Below, piece by piece: positions 18,569-25,774 of a stretch of DNA of 33,809 bases; positions within the stretch are counted from its first letter, which is position 1, and every line of letters starts with the position of its first letter. A program made the position numbers and the translations under genes. This DNA is from Ruminococcus sp. UBA946 (GTDB lineage Bacteria; Bacillota; Clostridia; Oscillospirales; Ruminococcaceae), in assembly GCA_002293295.1 (NCBI GenBank), contig DBCY01000080.1, positions 1-33,809 of the forward strand. Direction: 5' to 3'. The notes under the pieces are model-generated. The model did no database searches and was not told the origin of the DNA. It was given only the letters and a program-made list of their open reading frames with translations.

Positions 18569-19996
18569 CTATACGTTTATTTTTACATCAATCCCCAGTA
18601 AATCCTTATAGAGGCTGATTACAGACCTGACTTCCTCCAGAAAATCATCCGTCTGCATTTCTGAACACCCGGTAAAATTCTTAATATCCATTAAACCTTT
18701 TATTTCATCATCCGTTATATTAAAGGCAGGGTCGGCTGAAATCCGGGCAAGCAAATCGTTCCTGTCTCCGTTAATCTTGATATTATTTGCGGTTTCGACT
18801 GAATGCAGCCGTATGCGTTCGTGCAGAAACTGCCTGTCGCCGCCCTTTTTAACGCAGTGCATCAGTATGTTTTCAGTTGCCATAAACGGCAGCTCCTCTG
18901 ATAAATGTTTTTCCGCCATTTTAGGATAAACGGTCAGTCCGCTGATGATGTTAATATAAAGCGACAATATTCCGTCAGCCGCCAGAAATGCTTCAGGGAT
19001 TGAAATCCTCCTGTTAGCGGAGTCGTCAAGCGTTCGTTCCAGCCATTGAGACGATGCGGTTAACGCCGGATTCAATGCGTTTACCATAACATACCTTGAA
19101 AGGGAAGCTATGCGTTCGCTTCTCATAGGGTTGCGTTTATAAGCCATTGCCGACGAACCGACCTGACCTTCTTCAAACGGTTCGTCAGCTTCGTTAAGGT
19201 GTGAAAGGAGCCGGATATCATTTGAGAATTTATATGCGCTCTGAGCAATCCCGGACAAAACTGACAGAATATTATAGTCAATTTTCCGTGAGTAAGTCTG
19301 ACTGCTGACGGAATATGTATTCTCAAATCCGAATTTCTCCGCTATTTTTTTATCCAAAGTCTTCACCTTGTTATAATCGCCGTTAAAAAGCGCCAGAAAA
19401 CTAGCGGCTGTTCCGGTCGTTCCTTTGCATCCGAGTATTTTTAATCCCGAAAGCGTAAAGTCAAGGCTTTCCAAATCAAAAAGCAAATCCTGGAGCCATA
19501 AGGCTGCGCGTTTTCCGAAGGATGAGGGCTGCGCCGGCTGAAAATGCGTATATGAAAGGCAGGGGAGGCTTTTATAACGCTCGGCAAATCCGCATAATTC
19601 ATTAATAGCGTTGACAAGCAGTTTCTTTATACGGAGCAGAGCCGCTTTCTGTATTATTATATCCGCATTGTCTCCGACATAACAGGAGGTTGCTCCAAGA
19701 TGAATAATAGGTTTCGCTTCGTGGCACTGTTCTCCGAACGCCAGAATATGCGCCATAACTTCATGCCGCGTTTTGTGTTCATATTCGGAAACCTTTTCAA
19801 AGTCAATGTCATAAATATGCGATTTCATTTCATCAATCTGAGTTTGAGTAATACTCAGCCCCAGTTCCTTCTGGCTTTCGGCAAGCGCGACCCACAGCTT
19901 TCGCCAGACCGAAAATTTATTGCCGTCAGTGAATACACTCAGCATCTCTTTTCCGGAGTATCTTTTGCACAGCGGGCTTTCATATTCAGCAGACAC
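18569..19996 (-). CDS. purB: Adenylosuccinate lyase
   Basis: 475 aa with the fumarate-lyase signature GSSAMAYKRNP. It overlaps the purC stop by 11 nt. Confidence 0.95.
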   Translation of the reverse strand: MSAEYESPLCKRYSGKEMLSVFTDGNKFSVWRKLWVALAESQKELGLSITQTQIDEMKSHIYDIDFEKVSEYEHKTRHEVMAHILAFGEQCHEAKPIIHLGATSCYVGDNADIIIQKAALLRIKKLLVNAINELCGFAERYKSLPCLSYTHFQPAQPSSFGKRAALWLQDLLFDLESLDFTLSGLKILGCKGTTGTAASFLALFNGDYNKVKTLDKKIAEKFGFENTYSVSSQTYSRKIDYNILSVLSGIAQSAYKFSNDIRLLSHLNEADEPFEEGQVGSSAMAYKRNPMRSERIASLSRYVMVNALNPALTASSQWLERTLDDSANRRISIPEAFLAADGILSLYINIISGLTVYPKMAEKHLSEELPFMATENILMHCVKKGGDRQFLHERIRLHSVETANNIKINGDRNDLLARISADPAFNITDDEIKGLMDIKNFTGCSEMQTDDFLEEVRSVISLYKDLLGIDVKINV

Positions 19997-20693
19997 TTTC
20001 CAGCCTCCTTAATACTTCCCTGTAACCTTCAAGGACATTGCCCAAATCACGCCTGAAACGGTCCTTATCAAGTTTCTCCTCAGTACCGGTATCCCAAAGA
20101 CGACAGGAATCGGGCGATATTTCATCGCATAGAATCAACCGTCCGTCATACCTGCCGAATTCAAGTTTAAAGTCTATCAGACTAATCCCCGCTTTTATAA
20201 ACAATCCGCTTAACAGTTCATTTATAATCAGCGACTGCCTTGCCATTTCGTCAAGTTCACTGCAGGAAGCAATTCCGACGGCGGTAATATGGCTTGCGTT
20301 TATCATAGGGTCGCCTAGTTCATCGCTTTTCAAGCTGAATTCTATGGTGGGATTACTAAGAGCTGTTCCCTCGTCAACTCCGTATTTTTTTGAAAAACTG
20401 CCTGCGGCGGTATTCCTGACTATTACCTCTACTTGAACAATTTCAGCTTTTTTTACAAGTATGCTCGTATTGTCAATTACATTAATTAAATGTGTTTCGA
20501 TGCCGTTCTTTTCAAGAAATTTGTAAATCAGATTAGAAATTGCTGCATTAAGCCTGCCTTTTCCCGAAAGCTCCTCCTTCTTCTCGCCGTTAAAAGCCGT
20601 CGCCGTATCTTTATAGTGTATTACCAGGCTGTATTCATCCTTGCCAGCGCATATGTATTTTGATTTACCCTCATATAAAATGCTGTCTGTCAT
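19986..20693 (-). CDS. purC: Phosphoribosylaminoimidazole-succinocarboxamide (SAICAR) synthase
   Basis: 235 aa with PurC-like N-terminus LYEGKSKYI...TAFNGEKK and ...LILCDEISPDSCRLWD. Confidence 0.9.
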   Translation of the reverse strand: MTDSILYEGKSKYICAGKDEYSLVIHYKDTATAFNGEKKEELSGKGRLNAAISNLIYKFLEKNGIETHLINVIDNTSILVKKAEIVQVEVIVRNTAAGSFSKKYGVDEGTALSNPTIEFSLKSDELGDPMINASHITAVGIASCSELDEMARQSLIINELLSGLFIKAGISLIDFKLEFGRYDGRLILCDEISPDSCRLWDTGTEEKLDKDRFRRDLGNVLEGYREVLRRLESVC

Positions 20694-20708
20694 ATTATCA
20701 CCGCTTTT

Positions 20709-20780
20709 CTTAAAATAAAAAGGCGTTCATCAGATAATACATGACCGGTTAAGACCGTGCATTATCTGATGAACGCCTTT
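20709..20780 (-). terminator. Perfect 20-bp-stem hairpin plus U tract in the purC leader (terminator/attenuator, or 3-prime end of a small RNA)
   Basis: Arms are 20761-20780 and 20719-20738 (AAAGGCGTTCATCAGATAAT / ATTATCTGATGAACGCCTTT). The 22-nt apical region holds a CGGT-CTTA-ACCG sub-hairpin. On the minus strand TTTTTATTTTA follows. Confidence 0.7.
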
Positions 20781-20794
20781 GTTCAACATAATAT

Positions 20795-20823
20795 ATTATA
20801 CTCTATTGATAATTTTATGTCAA
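20795..20823 (-). promoter_or_regulatory. Consensus sigma-A promoter directly upstream of the purC leader hairpin
   Basis: On the minus strand: TTGACA (20823-20818), exactly 17 nt, TATAAT (20800-20795). That is 12/12 matches to consensus. Confidence 0.7.
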
Positions 20824-20848
20824 TAGGTTTCATAAAATTAATAAAACG

Positions 20849-21934
20849 TTAATTTTTCTGACTAAATGATTCAATTAGATTTATATATTGGTGTATGCTT
20901 TCCGTTTTCGGATGAACCCAAAAAGGAGCGTTACAGCATCCGCAGTGCCATCTGACCTGTTCTTCAAAAATATATTCGACGCCCTTATTGCACTTCCCGG
21001 CGGCATGAATATCACAGCCCGATTCTGAATAACGGAACATTTTGGTTATTTCATCCGGCATATCTTTCCCGTTATAAAATTCAATGCACTTTTCAGCATT
21101 CCTGATTCTCAACATTAAACGCAGCTCACCCATCCAGTCCAAAATCCTGAATAAATAAGGACCTTTGCGTTTCATAACCGATTCCTTATCGTAATAATTA
21201 ATCCCCGGTCCCTCGTTCCAGCTTCCGTCGGCATAAAAATAATCCCTGTCAAGCATAGTTTCATGAAAACTTTTAATGAATTTCCGCTCAGCATCTGTGC
21301 GTAATTTATCATAAACGGCATAAAAGGGACTGCTGAAACTGTTTTTACCAAATCCCTCTGCCAATAACCTGAAACTCCACTTATAAAATAAAGTTTCAGA
21401 GCCGGTATTTAAAGCTTTTTCGGCAACAAGCGCTAAAACTGTAATAATATTCGGATTATCAGGGTAACTCACCGAAAATCCGGCAGTTTTAGGCGTTATT
21501 TTACCGTTTTGTAAACCCGAAAACACAAAACCATAATTATTGAACGCATTAAACAGTATATGTATATTCTTTACTTTATTCACCTGTTTAAATTCAGGGA
21601 TGTTCACCTCAAATACATTGTTTTTTAAACACCCTTGAGAAAAAACAGCATAAAGTAATTTCATAGGACGCCAAGCTGCGTTCCGGGATTCCTGCGCTTC
21701 GGGTGCGCCGTAACGTGTTGTTTTTTCGTCAAAAAGCGGCATAGCGAAATGTTCGGGATTTTCAGAAATACCGGTCATAATCTGAAAAAACATATCTCCT
21801 ATGTAACGGAACGCCGTTTCAAATTCATCTCTTTGCAGTATGTGTAAAAAATCGGGATGGATGTCAATATTAGCGGGAGTTACCGATAATTCCCTCCGTC
21901 TGACAAGCGCCCACTTGTTTATAATATAACTCAT
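20849..21934 (-). CDS. Hypothetical protein with a C-terminal Cys-rich module (CDIHAAGKC...HCGCC)
   Basis: 361-aa ORF with GGAG RBS 9 nt upstream. No family is recognised. Its C-terminal roughly 150 aa resemble the C-terminus of the 23270-23962 product. Confidence 0.7.
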   Translation of the reverse strand: MSYIINKWALVRRRELSVTPANIDIHPDFLHILQRDEFETAFRYIGDMFFQIMTGISENPEHFAMPLFDEKTTRYGAPEAQESRNAAWRPMKLLYAVFSQGCLKNNVFEVNIPEFKQVNKVKNIHILFNAFNNYGFVFSGLQNGKITPKTAGFSVSYPDNPNIITVLALVAEKALNTGSETLFYKWSFRLLAEGFGKNSFSSPFYAVYDKLRTDAERKFIKSFHETMLDRDYFYADGSWNEGPGINYYDKESVMKRKGPYLFRILDWMGELRLMLRIRNAEKCIEFYNGKDMPDEITKMFRYSESGCDIHAAGKCNKGVEYIFEEQVRWHCGCCNAPFWVHPKTESIHQYINLIESFSQKN

Positions 21935-22089
21935 ACCGGGTACTCCTTATTAATTCATATTTGGCTGTTTTGAATGTAAATTTATATTAATTACAGCAAT
22001 CATTCACATAATGGTATAAAACAACCGTAATGTAAAATATTCTGTAATGTAAATGCATTAGAGCATTAGCGTGAAGGGAAATTATAATT

Positions 22090-22848
22090 ATGAGAACCAT
22101 TATACTGGCGCACAGAGGTGCCTCTGCGGAACTCCCCGAAAATACGCTGGAAGCATTTTCTCTTGCTGTAAACCAGCAGGCGGACGGCATTGAATTGGAT
22201 GTTCATCTGTCAAAGGACGGTGAAATAGTCGTCGCTCATGACGAACGCCTTGAACGCGTTTCAAACGGCAGGGGTTATATAAACGACTATACGCTGGCAG
22301 AATTGAAATCCCTTGCTTTCGGAACCCTTCCGAACGGTTCGGAATGCCGTATTCCGCTGATGGGCGAGGTTTTCTCGCTGATTAAGCCGACAAACCTGAT
22401 AATTAATATAGAGCTTAAAACTACGGAACGGCTGTATCCGGAGCTTGCGGGTAAGCTTACCGCTTTAACCGCAGAATATGGAATGAACGGACGTGTTTTG
22501 TATTCGTCCTTCAACCATTATTCCCTGCTTGATATTAAAAGGCTCGTCCCCTCGGCACGAACAGGGCTTCTTTATGAGCTGGGGATGGTGAATCCGTGGT
22601 TTTACGCGAATTATACGGGCGCTTATGCCATTCACCCTAATTACCGTGTTATAGCGGCACTGCCTCAGACGGTTGCCGGATGCCATAAATGCGGGGTTAA
22701 GGTAATTGTATGGACTGTTGACGATGAACAGACAATAGCGTTTATGCTAAAATGCGGGGTTGACGGAATCATCACAAACAGACCGGATACTGCGCTTCGG
22801 TGCCGCAGGGAGCTGTGCCCGCAGAAGGCTCAGCCTTCGTATTCCTAA
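22090..22848 (+). CDS. Glycerophosphodiester phosphodiesterase (GDPD family)
   Basis: N-terminal GDPD motifs ILAHRGASAELPENTLEAF and ADGIELDVHLSKDGEIVVAHD; C-terminal ...GVDGIITNRPD. Confidence 0.9.
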   Translation: MRTIILAHRGASAELPENTLEAFSLAVNQQADGIELDVHLSKDGEIVVAHDERLERVSNGRGYINDYTLAELKSLAFGTLPNGSECRIPLMGEVFSLIKPTNLIINIELKTTERLYPELAGKLTALTAEYGMNGRVLYSSFNHYSLLDIKRLVPSARTGLLYELGMVNPWFYANYTGAYAIHPNYRVIAALPQTVAGCHKCGVKVIVWTVDDEQTIAFMLKCGVDGIITNRPDTALRCRRELCPQKAQPSYS

Positions 22849-23027
22849 GCAATGCCATCAGCTTATGCAAAAATATTTATAAAATTCCATTGCTAGTGGT
22901 CAGTGATTAGTGGTCAGCAGTCAGATTATCGGGAAATGGAAATGTCAAGCCCCGTATCTTCAAAGGACAGCCCGCACTCCGCAAAGCTGTTAAGATAGTA
23001 TGTAAACCACAGTCCTTTTCGCTCTTT

Positions 23028-23273
23028 CTAGTCGTACGGCAGAAATCCGTTTAACCAAGATATGACAGGGGATTTATCAGCCGTTTCGCCGAGCAGCTCC
23101 GTTTGTGTTCGGTATTTAACGGCAGGATTGTCACCGCTCAGAAGCCACCGCACAACCGGTGAATCACGATTAATCATTTGTTTTTCCTCCCCGAAAGCTA
23201 TATTATGATATAGAACTTCATGCAACAAGTAATCACCAAAAGAGTGACTTCCTCTGTGGCTTAAGAATGTCAA
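23028..23273 (-). pseudogene. Short ORF, probably the decayed N-terminal fragment of a larger gene
   Basis: TTG start overlaps the upstream stop. The internal segment MINRDSPVVRWLLSGDNPAVKYRTQTELLG recalls N-termini of alpha/alpha-toroid (prenyltransferase-like) proteins from memory only. The frame stops after 81 codons and nothing follows. Confidence 0.25.
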
Positions 23274-23962
23274 CCCTTTTTGGAAGCATAAAATTCATTC
23301 AACAAACCCATATAGTCCGGTAATTTTGCCACATCAGGCTGATGAAATTCAAAAACAACGCCGGAACACTTTTCAATCTGTTTACCGTCAATGACATAGG
23401 TCTTTCTCATACGGCAGTTTTCTTTTTTGGGATTACAGCTGCAGTCTCCGTGCGTGCCGGTAAAAACGCTTTTTATATGTTCAGGCGCGTTTTCTATGTA
23501 ACCGGTGTGCTTTTCGATATTATTAAGGAACAGGCGCAGAACGACGTGGTCTTCACGGATAAAAATACGTGCGGCGACCTGTTTTGATTTAACTCCGGTT
23601 TTGGAGTAAATCACCATAAAAACGCCCCAGCAGGCTCCCCAGCCTATATGTCCGCCGTAATCATACCCAAGCTTTGAAATTTCATTGCTGAACGCAGTGA
23701 TAAAGGCTTTATCCTGTTCGGAAACAATGCTGAACCGTTCCTCTTTCAGCCTTTCATCAATGCTTTTAGGCAGTTTTATGTCCTGATAGGATTCAATGGC
23801 TTCCTTTATCGTTTTTCCGTTATTATAATCAAGCCAGTACTGAAATGAACCGCAGTAAGTTTCCGGGGAAAACCCCTCTATAGTATTTTTGAAAAATAAA
23901 CGGTATTTAGCCGGGGAAACTGATGAATTAATAACAGTATCTTCCGTAATTTTTACAGGCAT
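23270..23962 (-). CDS. Hypothetical protein with a C-terminal Cys motif (HGDCSCNPKKENC...KC)
   Basis: 230-aa ORF with GGAGA RBS 6 nt upstream. Its C-terminal module is paralogous by eye to that of the 20849-21934 product. Confidence 0.7.
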   Translation of the reverse strand: MPVKITEDTVINSSVSPAKYRLFFKNTIEGFSPETYCGSFQYWLDYNNGKTIKEAIESYQDIKLPKSIDERLKEERFSIVSEQDKAFITAFSNEISKLGYDYGGHIGWGACWGVFMVIYSKTGVKSKQVAARIFIREDHVVLRLFLNNIEKHTGYIENAPEHIKSVFTGTHGDCSCNPKKENCRMRKTYVIDGKQIEKCSGVVFEFHQPDVAKLPDYMGLLNEFYASKKG

Positions 23963-24059
23963 TTACATTCTCCTTTATTTTTTAGTAAATTCTCATACAT
24001 TGATTTTCTCAGCTTTACCACTTGAAAAAAGATAAATATCACCGTAATACCTGCGTTTG

Positions 24060-24890
24060 TCATTTCAATAACGGCTGACATACCGGGCAGAAATAAATAT
24101 TCCCGCCGAGATACGCCTGTCGTATCAAACCGCCGCCGCAGGAAAGACAAGGCTGGGAAAGCGTTTTGCTTGATAAAACTGTTCGGTATCCGCCTGACTT
24201 TCCGAAAAGGTCTTTTTCGGTATCCCGCCCGCCGCCGTCCCTCATTTTTATTAGAGTTGACTTTATGCTGTTGAAAATGCTTTCAAAATCGCTGTCGGTA
24301 AGCGTTTCAAGCTTTCTTTTCGGGTGTATGCGAGCGTTGAAGAGAGTGTCATGTAAAACTCCGTTACCGAAGCCGGGGATTCGCTGTTCAGTGGCAAGGA
24401 AAGCCTTGACGCTTAAATTCTGTTTGACGCCCTTGCGCAGACCTTCAAAATAGCTTTCGTCAAAGGCTTCTGTATAGGGGGAGGGCTTTTCGATTGCAAC
24501 GTTATAATACCAGTCGTCTTTCGAACCGTTTTCAAAGGCGAATATACCCCCGTACATCTGAACCGAGCAGGACATTCCCGTGCCGTCGTCAAATTCAACT
24601 AAAAGCTGGTGCTTGTCCGGACGTTTTTCCCCCGATTCAAGGTAAAGGGCGCGGACGCCGTCGCAGAATGAAATCCTCATTTCCTCAGCCCATATTTCGG
24701 GACGCCCACCGTAAGCGACCGCACCTGTAATTTTCTTTCCCGAAAGAATCATATTATAAAGGGCAGGGTCGCCGGTATACCATGCGAACCCGTGGGGGTG
24801 CGCATTTGCGGTTACACTCTTAATTACTTTGCCGGTAAGGGTTTTTTTTATTTGTTCTGAAAGGACATAAGCTTCGGGTAATTCAATCAT
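24060..24890 (-). CDS. Fpg/Nei-family (H2TH) DNA glycosylase-like protein lacking the N-terminal catalytic proline
   Basis: N-terminus MIELPEAYVL compares with the canonical MPELPEVE. H2TH region IPGFGNGVLHDTLFNARIHPKRK. C-terminal zinc finger CLSCGGGLIRQAYLGGNIYFCPVC. Confidence 0.75.
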   Translation of the reverse strand: MIELPEAYVLSEQIKKTLTGKVIKSVTANAHPHGFAWYTGDPALYNMILSGKKITGAVAYGGRPEIWAEEMRISFCDGVRALYLESGEKRPDKHQLLVEFDDGTGMSCSVQMYGGIFAFENGSKDDWYYNVAIEKPSPYTEAFDESYFEGLRKGVKQNLSVKAFLATEQRIPGFGNGVLHDTLFNARIHPKRKLETLTDSDFESIFNSIKSTLIKMRDGGGRDTEKDLFGKSGGYRTVLSSKTLSQPCLSCGGGLIRQAYLGGNIYFCPVCQPLLK

Positions 24891-24981
24891 TGTTCTGACC
24901 GCCTTTCCGGATGTTTCATCCTGTTCGGATGTAACTTTAATTTTAAATCTAAATCCAATTTATTTTATATAAAATATAGTA

Positions 24982-25037
24982 TTATTATACACCTGATAAT
25001 ACGACAACAGTATGTCATATATTATAAATTAACTGAA
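24982..25037 (+). repeat. 56-bp direct repeat, copy 1 (flanks the IS remnant)
   Basis: 52/56 identical to 25632-25687, an offset of exactly 650 bp. It contains the inverted core ATACGAC-N8-GTCATAT. Confidence 0.9.
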
Positions 25038-25631
25038 CATTTTGTTCTAAAAGGACAAACTTCTAAGTGTGAAAAATATTTTTGAAAACTATTCTCCGAC
25101 ATAAGTTATTAACACTCGTCCTTCGGGACCATCATTACATTTTCCGCCGGAGAGGTGCATTTCAATGATGACCTTATCATTTGCGGATACCACATGAAGC
25201 TTGGTGTGCCATCTGCCTTTTGATTTGCCAGCGGCTTGTTTTCCGAGTTTTTTAATGGTATGTATCCGTCGGGATGAACCTTACGCGAGGTGCTGTCCAA
25301 AGCTAATACTTCTATATGTATTGCTATGATTTCTTCTGCTTGTAAGGCGGCAAAAATCCGCTGTATAACACCGCTTTGCGCCCAACGATTGAATTTCTTG
25401 TATATTGTCTGCCATTTTCCGAACTCTGACGGCAAAGCCCTCCATTTACACCCGTTTTCTGTAATATACAAGATTGCGTTTATGAAGTCGCGGTTTTCGG
25501 TCTTTACATTCCCGCGCTGAACCGGAAAATGACCAGCTATCCGTTCATATTGCGCTTCACTTATCTTCATTTCTTTATTGTACCTCTTTTATTATTTTGC
25601 GTCAGCACAACCATTAGAATATGCTTTCATT
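25038..25631 (-). mobile_element. Truncated IS5-family insertion sequence remnant (N-terminal DUF4096-type transposase part with a frameshift site)
   Basis: ORF 25570-25109 reads MKISEAQYERIAGHFP...FINAILYITENGCKWRALPSEFGKWQTIYKKFNRW...ALDSTSRKVHPDG. A slippery heptamer A-AAA-AAC sits at 25253-25247 (minus strand). The -1 frame continues KKLGKQAAGKSKGRWHTKLHVVSANDKVIIEMHLSGGKCNDGPEGRVLITYVGE and stops at 25089. The rest of the DDE domain is missing. Confidence 0.8.
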
Positions 25632-25687
25632 TTATTTTACACCTGATAATACGACAATAGTATGTCATATTTTATAAATTAACTAAA
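25632..25687 (+). repeat. 56-bp direct repeat, copy 2
   Basis: See copy 1; 4 mismatches between the two. Confidence 0.9.
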
Positions 25688-25774
25688 AAACTTTTTGAGC
25701 GGATTCTTTATAAGCCATAAGCAGCAATGCAGGGCTGTAAAAAATCCGCTCACGCACAATTTAAAATACTTTAA

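Noticed and set aside
20719-20780. Purine (guanine/adenine) or ZTP riboswitch upstream of purC
   Set aside because: The structure is a single long perfect hairpin. It has no three-way junction, no conserved purine-aptamer loop sequences, and no pfl/ZTP pseudoknot motif.
21987-22190. 67-aa minus-strand ORF spanning the GDPD promoter and start region
   Set aside because: It overlaps the 5-prime end of the well-supported GDPD gene and the intergenic promoter region, with no RBS and no recognisable motif.
22944-22957. 13-nt identity (CAAGCCCCGTAT) shared with 28547-28559, and the local AGTGGTCAG duplication at 22894-22925
   Set aside because: Roughly ten or more chance 13-mer repeats are expected in a 34-kb window counting both strands. 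The flanks do not align.
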